Part shown: positions 27,377 through 37,105 of the stretch, piece by piece
How positions within the stretch are numbered: position 1 is the first letter of the stretch
Layout: each line of letters starts with the position of its first letter
IMG/VR virus record: IMGVR_UViG_3300027991_000080
Span: 12,741 to 76,740 of that record
DNA length: 64,000 nucleotides
DNA from: a virus
Taxonomy: Duplodnaviria > Caudoviricetes
Direction: 5' to 3' (one strand)
Notes under the pieces: model-generated
What the model was told of the DNA's origin: nothing
Database searches by the model: none
What the model saw: only the letters and a program-made list of their open reading frames with translations
Made by a program: the position numbers and the translations under genes

Positions 27377-27772
27377 ATGTTCAAGGTGGGCCTCGAGTTC
27401 GCGAACGGAACGACCGAAGACTCCAAGAAGCTCGTGTCCCGGCTGTTCACGCCGGCGGACATCCTCACGGCGATGCGCGATGCGCGCATGCAATTCAATA
27501 CGAGCGACGTGGTGCTCGTCGCCTCCGATACCGACGCAGACGGATTCGATGCGATGCCCCGTCGCGGGTACCTCGATCGACTCCGGCGCGTGCTGGGCCA
27601 TCGAGCTCCGCGTGCGCTTGCGAACATGACGATCGCTCACAAGTCAGCGCAGAAGGTTGTTCAGCTTCCAGCCGAAGATTCGGCGGCGTGGCTTGTGATC
27701 ACGCGCGGGAAGGACATGCCGGTGATGTGCGTGATCTACGCCACGCCGTACAAGATTTCGGAGGCGAACTAA
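27377..27772 (+). CDS. Hypothetical protein
   Basis: GAGG upstream of ATG 27377. Confidence 0.7.
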   Translation: MFKVGLEFANGTTEDSKKLVSRLFTPADILTAMRDARMQFNTSDVVLVASDTDADGFDAMPRRGYLDRLRRVLGHRAPRALANMTIAHKSAQKVVQLPAEDSAAWLVITRGKDMPVMCVIYATPYKISEAN

Positions 27773-27773
27773 A

Positions 27774-28046
27774 ATGAGCGCAAAGTCAGGACTGCTGAGC
27801 GCCCTCGGGGCCATCATGGGAGGCGTTGCAGGCGCCGCCGCGGGGCACGCTGCAGCGACGATGCGACCGCGCATCAGGTACTCGGCGGAGAGCACCGGAG
27901 ACACCATCGAGGACGCTATGGTGGTCGGAGGTGCCGCTGGAGCGGTGCTCGGGGCGTTCATCGGGGGAGCTGTCGGAGGAAGCGACGGCGCCACGCATCA
28001 AATTACCTCAACGTCAACCGCGCAGCTTCCGCCGAAGCAACTCTGA
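27774..28046 (+). CDS. Glycine-zipper membrane protein
   Basis: GAIMGGVAGAAAG and GGAAGAVLGAFIGGAVGG. Confidence 0.75.
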   Translation: MSAKSGLLSALGAIMGGVAGAAAGHAAATMRPRIRYSAESTGDTIEDAMVVGGAAGAVLGAFIGGAVGGSDGATHQITSTSTAQLPPKQL

Positions 28047-28123
28047 CGCGCTGCAAGGTACCGCAAACGGTACTTTTGCGGCAAATCGCCACGATTATGC
28101 CGGTCTGAGCTACCTTGTCGGCC

Positions 28124-28438
28124 ATGACGCCCGATGAGCGTATGAAGTGGCGCGAGTTCGAGAGGGAAGCTGACGAGCTCAAGGCTGAAGTACTTGTGAT
28201 GTGGGGGCGGATCCGTCGATTGCAGGACAACATGGCTACGTTCAGCGACGAAACGATCGAACGGGCCAGCCAAACCGCCCTTGAGAAGTATCGCGATGAG
28301 ATGCCAAGCGAGACAAAGCTGTCGATCTCACCTCAGAAGGTGCGTCTACTCTTCACGAACGGGCGACCGTGGGCCTTCGTGGTCTGCACTGCTCTGATCG
28401 CTATCGTGGTGCTCGCCTGGATCCTTCGGCCCAGGTGA
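28124..28438 (+). CDS. Coiled-coil protein with C-terminal TM
   Basis: WAFVVCTALIAIVVLAWILRPR tail. Confidence 0.65.
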   Translation: MTPDERMKWREFEREADELKAEVLVMWGRIRRLQDNMATFSDETIERASQTALEKYRDEMPSETKLSISPQKVRLLFTNGRPWAFVVCTALIAIVVLAWILRPR

Positions 28439-28574
28439 TTTTTTGGGTAGTTCAGTCGGGGGAGGAGGAACGGAAGGACCGTGCGTCAACCGAGCAAGCC
28501 TCTCGAGAAACGCTTTCTCGAGTTTTTCGATGGCTATCTCGAGAGCTAGGACGCGTTCTCGAAGAGTCGGCGAC

Positions 28575-29084
28575 TTAGGCACGACGAGGAACGTAGTAGA
28601 CGACCAGCGCGCCAGCAACGATGGCGAGCACTGCGCCGGTGATCCATGTGGTGGTCTTCGCGGTTTGCTTGATTCCCTCGAGCTCTTGCTCGATCTGCGT
28701 CGGGATCGACGGAACCGGATCTGGACGCTGTCCGGTATCGCTTGAGCTGGTCACGTTCTGTCCGGCGACGGTAGGAAATCCAGGACCGTTCCACGGTGTC
28801 GGCGCGGACACCTCGAACAGGTACCAGTCCCGCGGCGGGTCTGAGTCGTAGTGCTCGGTGGTTCGCACTGCGACCGTGGGCTTGTTCGATGAGAGCCACG
28901 CTCCGAACGCATCCGAGTCCTTGGCGAACACGTCGACCCAGTACTTACCGGCTGGAAGCGGGTTGTGGCGTTCGACTTTGCCGAGACCCATCCCGAGACG
29001 GATCACTCGATGACCGTTGAGATAGATCCCCTCAGGACGAATCACGGGACACGCGCCCAGGAAAGCGGTTTCTTCGCCGATCAT
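28575..29084 (-). CDS. Tail-anchored membrane protein
   Basis: C-terminal WITGAVLAIVAGALVVYYVPRRA. Confidence 0.7.
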   Translation of the reverse strand: MIGEETAFLGACPVIRPEGIYLNGHRVIRLGMGLGKVERHNPLPAGKYWVDVFAKDSDAFGAWLSSNKPTVAVRTTEHYDSDPPRDWYLFEVSAPTPWNGPGFPTVAGQNVTSSSDTGQRPDPVPSIPTQIEQELEGIKQTAKTTTWITGAVLAIVAGALVVYYVPRRA

Positions 29085-29485
29085 GATCTCGCGTGCCAGT
29101 TGGATAGAGTAACAACGATCCCGATGAAGAGGCTTGCCGCAGTCAGAACGGCGATGGTCTTTCCGAGACTGTCAGCGTTGCTCGACGCCGCGAGCGCACT
29201 TTGCGGCAGGTAGACAGCCGCTGCATGGTAGCAGCCTTGATTCCCTGTGGAGGCCTGCCACATGTGGGGCTCGACGCGAATGAGCGCGGTGACCCCCGGG
29301 AGTGGGTAACTCTCCGTTGTGCCGAGCGGCACGGAGATGTCGTTTGATAGCGCGAGCGCGCGCTGGGCTACTGCTTCCGGAATAGGGCCGTCGCCGGCGC
29401 TCCAGGCTCTCCAACCGTTGGGAGGCTCGAGGCGCGGACATTGCGCAGCGAGCTCTGTACCAGCGCCGTATTGCGCCATTTCCAA
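29081..29485 (-). CDS. Tail-anchored membrane protein
   Basis: C-terminal TIAVLTAASLFIGIVVTL. Confidence 0.7.
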   Translation of the reverse strand: MEMAQYGAGTELAAQCPRLEPPNGWRAWSAGDGPIPEAVAQRALALSNDISVPLGTTESYPLPGVTALIRVEPHMWQASTGNQGCYHAAAVYLPQSALAASSNADSLGKTIAVLTAASLFIGIVVTLSNWHARS

Positions 29486-29550
29486 AGGATTCTACGTGGG
29501 GCACCTTGACACGTCCAGTTTGGAGGGAGCAGTATGTCACCAGGCATACA

Positions 29551-29751
29551 ATGGTACGGCCTCCGGCTAAAACGAGAGTTGCAACTTTCAAGGTAACTCC
29601 CGAGCAATGGGAGCAAATTGAGCGCTGCGCCGAGCGATGCAAGGTCAGCGCAAGCGCATGGCTGAGATCGGTCGCGTCGCAAGCCGCCACAAGTCGACCG
29701 ACAGCTGACGGCAGAATTCAAATTCGATACCCCAACGGAGCAATGACATGA
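29551..29751 (+). CDS. Ribbon-helix-helix DNA-binding protein
   Basis: ATFKVTPEQWEQIE...A...SASAWLRS. Confidence 0.7.
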   Translation: MVRPPAKTRVATFKVTPEQWEQIERCAERCKVSASAWLRSVASQAATSRPTADGRIQIRYPNGAMT

Positions 29752-30257
29752 CCGCCGGAGTGAGAGACGCAAAACAGTTGATGGGGTTCGAGGTTCCTGG
29801 AGACCAAAAGGTCGCTCTGCCGGTGCGACATTGGAACGCGCTCAAGCTCGCGCTCTGGAAAAATCGACAGGGCGGCGAGATCATCGAGCGGCAGGCGATA
29901 GAGATTCTGGAGTCGTGTGGTCACGTAGAGGGGTGTCCGGGCATTGATTCTGCTGTCGAGCCATGTCTGAGAGAGTGTCCTGATCGAGAAACGCGCATGA
30001 GTGCGCTAGTGATCATACAGGCGACTCGGATGGTCACGCCGATCGATGCGGCAAAAATCGCCAACGAGCCGTACTACGCACCGAGTCGCGAGTACTTCGC
30101 AGAGATCGTTGCGGAGCTCGCTATCGCTCAAGCCGAGAACGATGCGATGCGTGAGCTCCTTCGGCAGGCAAACATCCCCGCTCCAACTACTACCGAACAA
30201 CTGGCGACGTTTCCGGCGCCGCCTCCTCTTCCGCAGCTCGAGTCTCCAACAGGATAG
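29748..30257 (+). CDS. Hypothetical protein
   Basis: ATGA coupled; 169 aa. Confidence 0.75.
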   Translation: MTAGVRDAKQLMGFEVPGDQKVALPVRHWNALKLALWKNRQGGEIIERQAIEILESCGHVEGCPGIDSAVEPCLRECPDRETRMSALVIIQATRMVTPIDAAKIANEPYYAPSREYFAEIVAELAIAQAENDAMRELLRQANIPAPTTTEQLATFPAPPPLPQLESPTG

Positions 30258-30263
30258 AAAAAA

Positions 30264-30674
30264 ATGAAGTTCGTTCCGCGCTACGGTCAAATCATCGGAC
30301 GCATGGTCACGGTGCGTGCGCCGTCGCAGATCATTCGTGTCAACGAGGGCAAGGTTTCCGTGTTCGTGCTCGTCGATGCGGCGGGACCGGATGCGGTGAG
30401 CGCCGGGATCGTGCCCGGAAGCGTGATCGTGCCGCTCGTGATGGCGCACGTGATTCTCGAGGACGCTCGTAGACCGATGGTCGAAGAGAAAAGTGTGGCC
30501 TTTTTTGCGCGCGATCTCCTGAATTCGGATCTTCTGATTCAGAACGAGAAGGGTGACAGGTTCGTGGCGTTCGATTCTGATGAGGCAGCAAAACCTCTCG
30601 GTGGCGGCGAGGATGGTGTCGCAATCCGCGCCTCTCGGGAAATGGCGCAATCTGCGCCCGTTGCGGAGGCGTGA
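30264..30674 (+). CDS. Hypothetical protein
   Basis: 136 aa in operon. Confidence 0.7.
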   Translation: MKFVPRYGQIIGRMVTVRAPSQIIRVNEGKVSVFVLVDAAGPDAVSAGIVPGSVIVPLVMAHVILEDARRPMVEEKSVAFFARDLLNSDLLIQNEKGDRFVAFDSDEAAKPLGGGEDGVAIRASREMAQSAPVAEA

Positions 30675-31276
30675 TGTCCTGCGCCTGTCCTTCCCGTTCC
30701 CCGCGTGCGCTCGGAGAGCGAATCCAGCGCACGCTGGGGACCAGCAAACGCATCAAGCCTCACGCGCCACGTGAGGAAGAACCTGTCACGCTTGTCGGTC
30801 GACCTGGCGCCAAGTGTCGTCCATACATCCAGGTGATCAAGGACGACGAAAAATTCGCGGCGTGCAACGCGCTCGCGGATGAGCTCGGGCCAATCAACAC
30901 GCCGCAGAAAGCGTTTCGCCTGATCGGGGAAGCAATCGGAGACGAACTCAACGAGGTGTTTGGCGTCGCGATGTTCGATATCCACCTTCGCTTGAAGGGT
31001 CTCTCTGAGACTGGGCGCGGGGAACCAGCGAGCGTTATGGCGCCGCTCATGCCCACGCTGCAGGCGGCACTGATCAACGGTGCGCACGCCGTGATCATTT
31101 TTCATGTGCATCCGTCTGGTATCAAAGCGGAACCGAGCGAGGCCGACAACGCGACTACGAAGGAGTTCGCGAAGGCCTTCGACACCGTAGACGTCAAGTT
31201 CTTAGACCATGTCATCGTTGGCGGCGATTCTCGCCGCCGCAGCTTCTACTCATACGCAAAATCCGGAGCACTATGA
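30671..31276 (+). CDS. RadC-like JAB/MPN domain protein
   Basis: AVIIFHVHPSG..EPSEAD...FLDHVIVG. Confidence 0.9.
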   Translation: MMSCACPSRSPRALGERIQRTLGTSKRIKPHAPREEEPVTLVGRPGAKCRPYIQVIKDDEKFAACNALADELGPINTPQKAFRLIGEAIGDELNEVFGVAMFDIHLRLKGLSETGRGEPASVMAPLMPTLQAALINGAHAVIIFHVHPSGIKAEPSEADNATTKEFAKAFDTVDVKFLDHVIVGGDSRRRSFYSYAKSGAL

Positions 31277-31716
31277 ACGATTCTCTCAGACTTCCTCCGC
31301 CGAACGTTTCGCGTCCCATGGTGACGCGCGTGCTGAGCGATGCATTGGTTCCGGAGGATGGTATCGACGCAAACGGTAAGCCTATTCCTCCTGGGTTTCC
31401 GTTGATTTGGGCATCGGGGCAGAGCCATCCGCTCGTCCCTGGCGCGAGAATCGTGCGCATTTATCGTGATCCGGACGGAGGCGTCGAGCTCTACTCGGTG
31501 TTCGATCGGAATACGAAAGGGATGCGTAACTACATCCCTCCGGAAAAAATTCGACTCGTTGAAGAGGTGATGTCGATCGATCTTCTGGAAGAGGAGATTG
31601 CCATCGCGGAAGAATCCGACGACGAAGACGGCGACAGAACCGAACCCGAAGGAGATCATCCCGAACAGGAAGAAGAGGAGTCTCCCGTCAACGCGCAGGT
31701 GAACGGACAGGCCTGA
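31273..31716 (+). CDS. Hypothetical protein with acidic tail
   Basis: ATGA coupled. Confidence 0.7.
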   Translation: MNDSLRLPPPNVSRPMVTRVLSDALVPEDGIDANGKPIPPGFPLIWASGQSHPLVPGARIVRIYRDPDGGVELYSVFDRNTKGMRNYIPPEKIRLVEEVMSIDLLEEEIAIAEESDDEDGDRTEPEGDHPEQEEEESPVNAQVNGQA

Positions 31717-31720
31717 ACCC

Positions 31721-33310
31721 ATGCCTCGCAAGAAAATTTTTCCACGTCCGCGTTCTGAGGGCTCTCCAAACAACACGCCGACACAGGATGACGAGAACGA
31801 CATTCTGCAAGAGGCCGAAGCGGAGACAGACGAGAACGGACAGACCGTGGTTTCCGAAGAAAAGATTCGGGAGCTGGGCGCTGTCGACGCGGAATCAGTT
31901 CGGGAGAATCGCCGCTCTCAAGACGTGGTGAACAAGAAGAAGGGAAACGTTCCCAAGGTTGCGTTCAACACTAACGATCCGATTGCGATCTACGACATGG
32001 TTTTGCGTACGTGGGGCGCTAATTCAGTCGAAGTGATCGTGAAGAGACTCACCGGAGGCCCTCCGGTGACGCACGTGATTCAAAGTCGTCCGCGTAGCGG
32101 TGTGGAGCTCTATGCAGCGATTCAGCAGCAAGTTCACGGATTCAGCCCCGAAGCGGAGTACGAGGTCAAAGTAATTGACTCGAGTCGCAAGGAGTACAGA
32201 GGCACCGGACGGATCGTGATGCCTGACACGCGCCCGCCTGGGCAACAGCAGCAAGGCCAACCGCCAATGAACACCTACAATCCGTACGCGCCAAACGGGT
32301 ATCCGCCGGGCGGAGCGCCGCAATCGACTCCGTACACGCCGCATCCAACAGGCGGGTTTCCTCCCAATTTCACACCGTCGCAACAGACGCCTGTCGTGGT
32401 GCCTGCACCGGCCCCTGCTCCTGCTACAGGCTTCGATCTTTCCTCGTTTCAGCAGATGTTCGAGATGTTTCAGGCATGGCAACGGCAAATGCAACCTCCC
32501 CCGGCTCCGGGTGCGCCCCCGACGCCTCCGATGGATCCGGCAATGTTCCGAGAGATGCTCGCGATGTGGATGCAGATGCAGCAAATGCAACAGCAGCCGC
32601 AGCAATCAGCACCGGCGCAAGCGCCAGCGCCAGCTCCGGCTCCACCAGTTTCTCAGATCTCGCAGGTTCAACCGCTTCTTACGCTCGTTCGCGAGCTCAA
32701 GCAGCTATCGCAAGCGCTAGGCATCGAAGAGGCGAGACACGCTCCGGCTCCAGCGCCGATGTATCGTCGTGCGTATGAAGACGCTCCTCCTCCGCCACGT
32801 CATGTCCCCCCGCCGCCTCCACCGATGACGCCGGCGCAACAGTTTCGGGATTCGATCTCGTTTCTTCGTTCTGCGTCTGACGCTCTCGAAGAGTTTCGCA
32901 GCATGATTCCTGGAGGAGAGGCTCCCGAGAGAACACACGCGCCAACCTCGGATGACGACGACAGTCCAGTACGAGTGATCGAGACTGGAGCCGCCAAGAT
33001 CCTGGTCAACAAGAAGGACGGATCGCTTCGCCCAATGGAGACGGCGTGGGCGAACATGGACAAGATCCTGAAGTGGAGCGGCGAACAGATTGACAACGTC
33101 AACAGGGCTCGTGAGCGGCGCGAGAACGTTCGTGTGCAGCTTCCGGCCGGGTACGTGGAGATGACTCCTGGATACCAGCCTCCGCCGGGCATGGTGGCCG
33201 TTCCGGTCGATCAGAGCCAGCTTCCGCCACCTCCTACAGAAATGCCTCCACCGATTCGTCAGCATCCACAGCAAGCGTCGTGGGGAGCGCCGCCAGAAAC
33301 ACAGGAGTAG
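31721..33310 (+). CDS. Pro/Gln-rich low-complexity protein (scaffold candidate)
   Basis: Globular N-part, then long P/Q/A tracts with short Met/Phe/Trp helices. Confidence 0.8.
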   Translation: MPRKKIFPRPRSEGSPNNTPTQDDENDILQEAEAETDENGQTVVSEEKIRELGAVDAESVRENRRSQDVVNKKKGNVPKVAFNTNDPIAIYDMVLRTWGANSVEVIVKRLTGGPPVTHVIQSRPRSGVELYAAIQQQVHGFSPEAEYEVKVIDSSRKEYRGTGRIVMPDTRPPGQQQQGQPPMNTYNPYAPNGYPPGGAPQSTPYTPHPTGGFPPNFTPSQQTPVVVPAPAPAPATGFDLSSFQQMFEMFQAWQRQMQPPPAPGAPPTPPMDPAMFREMLAMWMQMQQMQQQPQQSAPAQAPAPAPAPPVSQISQVQPLLTLVRELKQLSQALGIEEARHAPAPAPMYRRAYEDAPPPPRHVPPPPPPMTPAQQFRDSISFLRSASDALEEFRSMIPGGEAPERTHAPTSDDDDSPVRVIETGAAKILVNKKDGSLRPMETAWANMDKILKWSGEQIDNVNRARERRENVRVQLPAGYVEMTPGYQPPPGMVAVPVDQSQLPPPPTEMPPPIRQHPQQASWGAPPETQE

Positions 33311-33313
33311 CCC

Positions 33314-33505
33314 GTGAAGTACCGGATCGCCATGAGCGTCGAAGTGGACGCCCGCGACGACAATCAAGCTCACGATTTTGCGGTCAAGTTGAAGGGTCTG
33401 CTGAGCTCTCCTCTTGTACGTATGGCGGTTGAGGGTGAGGGGGTACGACTCTCACGCGGCGACGGGAAGCCAGTAGTTCACCAGCCGCAACGGCAGATTT
33501 ACTGA
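33314..33505 (+). CDS. Hypothetical protein
   Basis: GGAG upstream; 63 aa. Confidence 0.6.
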   Translation: MKYRIAMSVEVDARDDNQAHDFAVKLKGLLSSPLVRMAVEGEGVRLSRGDGKPVVHQPQRQIY

Positions 33506-33557
33506 AGAATCTCGGGGAAGCTGGACGGATCCCCGACCACGCGCGTAGTCTTTTGGG

Positions 33558-34640
33558 GTGCTTTACCATGTACGACCTGGCGACAGTCCGGCGAGTATCG
33601 CGGCACGGGATGACATGGCCGGGTGTCCGAAGTGCGCGATCGATCTGATTCGAGCGAATCCGCACAAGCCAGTAGTGAGGCACCAGAACGGTTTTGTGAC
33701 GTTCGCGTCGCTTGTTCCGGGGGAGGTGCTCAAGATCCCCGAGAAGTGGCACAACGGCGAGCTCGACACGCGCCCTCGCGCATACTTCGCGGCGCTTCCG
33801 TACACGGATGGCGTGACACCGTCTTCATTGGGCCTCGCCGCCGCTGGTGTGCTGAATGACTACGCCGATCTTGATACGGCAACCATTCTCATCGGCACTC
33901 TGGCAACGATCGACGATCCGTCTTTCGTACAGATGGTCCCGGAGGCGACTGCACTCATTGACGGATCTGTGGCAACTGCTGACTCGAGCTCGAATCCAGT
34001 TGCTGTCGCGCGCGCGAAAGATGTACACGCGGCTACGGCCGCCGCGAGGGCCAGTGCCGCCGTCATGGCCGCAGCCCTCGCCGCGGGCGACCAATCGGCG
34101 GCGATGGGAGCTCGACTCGCTGCGCAGAACTCTCTGTCTGCGGCGATTGGTAGCGTGCGATTGGCTTTGCAGGCGGCGTACTCCGGGGAACCCGCAGCAA
34201 CGATGCCTTCCACTCTTCCCCAGATCCCTCCAGCGGTGCTTGCTGCTGCCCAAGCTGCTGCAGCAGCGATCAAAACAGATCCGAATTACTGCGCAAATAT
34301 CGGCAACGCAGGCAGCGCCGTCAACGCTGCCGTGCATGCCTTCAAAACGGCCTGGAACGCCACTCAGACTCCAAAAATTCCGGTCAACACGGGCAACTAC
34401 GAACAAGAGACAGCGGAAATTCTGGCGGACGTTCTCGGGGGCGCTCCGTTGCCGTGCGATCCGGTCGAGATCACTCCAACTCCGACTGCGCCAAAGCCGC
34501 CTCCTTATTCTCCGCCTCCATTCGTGGCATCGAATGCGCCGAGCGGCGAAAAGATCAGCACAGGCTCCGTCACTTTGATCGCTCTACTGGCCGCAAGCGC
34601 CGCTGGTGGCGCCTACTACCTCGTGAAACAACGCACATGA
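33558..34640 (+). CDS. LysM-like domain protein with C-terminal KISTG-TM anchor
   Basis: YHVRPGDSPASIA...LIRANP...LVPGEVLKIP; ends GEKISTGSVTLIALLAASAAGGAYYLVKQRT. Confidence 0.8.
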   Translation: MLYHVRPGDSPASIAARDDMAGCPKCAIDLIRANPHKPVVRHQNGFVTFASLVPGEVLKIPEKWHNGELDTRPRAYFAALPYTDGVTPSSLGLAAAGVLNDYADLDTATILIGTLATIDDPSFVQMVPEATALIDGSVATADSSSNPVAVARAKDVHAATAAARASAAVMAAALAAGDQSAAMGARLAAQNSLSAAIGSVRLALQAAYSGEPAATMPSTLPQIPPAVLAAAQAAAAAIKTDPNYCANIGNAGSAVNAAVHAFKTAWNATQTPKIPVNTGNYEQETAEILADVLGGAPLPCDPVEITPTPTAPKPPPYSPPPFVASNAPSGEKISTGSVTLIALLAASAAGGAYYLVKQRT

Positions 34641-35287
34641 TCGACAGACCCATCGACGGAGTTCAAACAGACCAACGGGTGCACCCTGCCGGAAAGAAGG
34701 GGGCTACGGTTTCTCTGCGCGAGGTTGCCGAGCGAGCATGGAAAGCCCGCATGAGTCCGCGCCTGCGCGCGTGGGTTACTCAGGAGCTCGACAAGGCCAA
34801 GATGGTAAACGGAACGCATCGACAAAAGGGTCAGGTGATCCTGGATGCGTTTCGAAAAAAGGTTCCGTACGTCGCCGATCCTGTGATGGGCGAGTTCATG
34901 GCAAAGCCGGAACAGGTACTCTGTCTCGACGAGGGTGGTCTTTGTATCGTCGGAGCAGACTGCGACGAAGTGTCAATCACGCTTGCCGCAGCAATGATGT
35001 CGATCGGAATCGACGCGATGATCATTGGTTCGAGTCATCGAGAACCCTACGACACGCCGACCCACGTGTTCATGGCGTTCAAAGACGAGCTCGACAAATG
35101 GGTGAAAATGGACGGCACGACGAAGCTTCCAGCAGGGAAGACTCCTCCTCACATGCGCGAGTTTTGGTACGAGCCTGGTGAGCAGGCGAAGGACAGCGGT
35201 GAGGGGGATTTCGTCGGCATGAGCGGTCCTGGAACTCTCAGCGGACCTCCACAACGATTCGATCTGCGGTATCCGGGAATACGGTAG
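34637..35287 (+). CDS. Transglutaminase-like (papain-fold) Cys protease
   Basis: GADCDEVSITLAAAMMSIG (Cys), THVF (His), MDGT (Asp) triad pattern. Confidence 0.75.
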   Translation: MIDRPIDGVQTDQRVHPAGKKGATVSLREVAERAWKARMSPRLRAWVTQELDKAKMVNGTHRQKGQVILDAFRKKVPYVADPVMGEFMAKPEQVLCLDEGGLCIVGADCDEVSITLAAAMMSIGIDAMIIGSSHREPYDTPTHVFMAFKDELDKWVKMDGTTKLPAGKTPPHMREFWYEPGEQAKDSGEGDFVGMSGPGTLSGPPQRFDLRYPGIR

Positions 35288-35674
35288 TAAGGCGATCGTT
35301 GTACGATCGTATGTCGCGTGTGTCACACGGTACGTGAATCTTTTGGCCTAATTTTGGCCTCAATTCACGGTGTAGGTGTATCGCGCCAGATTCTCGTAAC
35401 TATTTGTTGTTACTTGAGTTTAGTGGCGTATCTGCGCAGTGCTCGAGGCGTATAGCTGTGCACTATTTCGGGATCTGTCAACGGTCATGCGTTGGGCTTG
35501 TATTGACTCGTGAGATCCGAATTTGAAAGGATTGCTAACTGTAACCCCCGTGACATGGGCCTTTACGACGATCGGTTGGCGGATCTCGAAGAGAAGCGAC
35601 GCGGAGTTGCTAGCTCGAGGCCACGGAACCAAATGGGGAGTCGTTACGCCCGGGTAATCCGTCCAGAGGAAAGC

Positions 35675-37000
35675 ATGGCAAAGACCAAAGAAGCTCGCCG
35701 CCGCAAGAAGCGCTCCACCAAGAAGTCGAGCAAGGGTCGCCGTCGTCGGCGAGTTCGTGCTGCAGTCGCAGCTCCTCGGCGTCGCAAGCGGAGGGCGCGC
35801 AAGGTTCGCGCCCGTAGGAAGCGGGCAATGGTCATGGAGGCACCGAAGCGTCGTCGTCGGCGCCGCAAGGTGCGCGCTGTTCAAGCGTGGCACGGAAATC
35901 CGGCCGGCCATCGTCGGGCCGCCAAGAAGGGCCACGCGCGTCGTCGTCGCAAGAGCGGTCGTCGTCGGTCGCGCAGGACGCGCGAGATGCGCGAGACGAT
36001 GGTGATGGCGCCTCGCCGGCGTCGTCGGCGTCGCAAGATGCGAGCGAGCGTCGTGAAGTCGTCGCGTCGTCGCCGGAGTCGTCGGATGCGTTCGAGCATC
36101 ATGCGCGCCGGTCGCGGCGGGTCGATGGGAGCCGCGGAGCTGATGCTGGCGGTGTTCTCCGGTGGCATCGGGTTCGTGGTCGCGGACGGCGTGGATCGCC
36201 TGCTCGCGACGTACAACCCCGCGGGCACCGAAGCGCCGAAGGACAAGTTCACGTCGAGCGGTGCCGGCACTCTTGCCAACACCCTCAACGTGGCGGCGAA
36301 GCCGAACGTCATGCGCATCGGTGCCGGCGTCGGTATGACGGCGGTCCCTGCGTTCGCGTCGATGTACGTGCGGAACCCGTACATGCGTGCCTCGCTCGAG
36401 GGTATCACCGTCGGTGCGGGAGTCTCGCTCTTCAAGACGCTGTGGAACAACCTGCTCATGCCGCTTCTGTTGCCGAAGGACCAGAGCGTTCCCTCGTTGC
36501 AGAAGAACGTGATCGCCCGCCTGTACCCTGCGGAGGTGGCTGCGGCCATCAACCTCAAGCAGGGCGCGATGTCGGGTCCGGGTGCGCTGTCTGGCGCTCC
36601 TCAGCAGCTCGGCATGGGAGCTCCGGACGTTGGTCCGTTCGCGCTCGCTGGCGACTCGCCGTATCCGGACGCTGCTCAGGCGCTTCGGGCACAGGCCGGC
36701 GTGCACGATCAGTTCCCCTCCGTGCAGAACGTTTGGGGAACAGGTGGGCCCGGGAGCGATTACCCGACAGCGGCTCAGGTGATCGCGCGCAACGCCGGCA
36801 TGGCGGGTCCGGCCGGTCACGGCAACCCAGGTCAACCGGGCCTGAGCTGGACGCCTGGCCCTCCGTCGGACATCGGTCCCGGACCGCAAGCGGCCCCTCA
36901 CAAGGATCCGTCGTGCGGGTGCATCGGGGAGAACAACCGGTTCCTCGGATTCATCGGCGACAAGCAAGAAGAGGATCAGCTCTTCGTGATCAAGAGCTGA
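35675..37000 (+). CDS. Protamine-like Arg-rich protein fused to hydrophobic segments (core/DNA-condensing candidate)
   Basis: GAGGA RBS then MAKTKEARRRKKR...; ~145 aa dominated by R/K runs, then Gly/Ala-rich hydrophobic helices. Confidence 0.85.
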   Translation: MAKTKEARRRKKRSTKKSSKGRRRRRVRAAVAAPRRRKRRARKVRARRKRAMVMEAPKRRRRRRKVRAVQAWHGNPAGHRRAAKKGHARRRRKSGRRRSRRTREMRETMVMAPRRRRRRRKMRASVVKSSRRRRSRRMRSSIMRAGRGGSMGAAELMLAVFSGGIGFVVADGVDRLLATYNPAGTEAPKDKFTSSGAGTLANTLNVAAKPNVMRIGAGVGMTAVPAFASMYVRNPYMRASLEGITVGAGVSLFKTLWNNLLMPLLLPKDQSVPSLQKNVIARLYPAEVAAAINLKQGAMSGPGALSGAPQQLGMGAPDVGPFALAGDSPYPDAAQALRAQAGVHDQFPSVQNVWGTGGPGSDYPTAAQVIARNAGMAGPAGHGNPGQPGLSWTPGPPSDIGPGPQAAPHKDPSCGCIGENNRFLGFIGDKQEEDQLFVIKS

Positions 37001-37016
37001 TCGACACACAACAATC

Positions 37017-37039
37017 GCGCCGCGGATAGTCCGCGGCGC
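37017..37039 (+). other. GC-rich hairpin upstream of capsid candidate
   Basis: GCGCCGCGGA-TAG-TCCGCGGCGC. Confidence 0.6.
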
Positions 37040-37105
37040 AAAGTCAACAAAGAATCGGAAAAAGCTCGCGGCGGACCAGGAAACGGCGAGCAACGGAGAC
37101 GGAAC

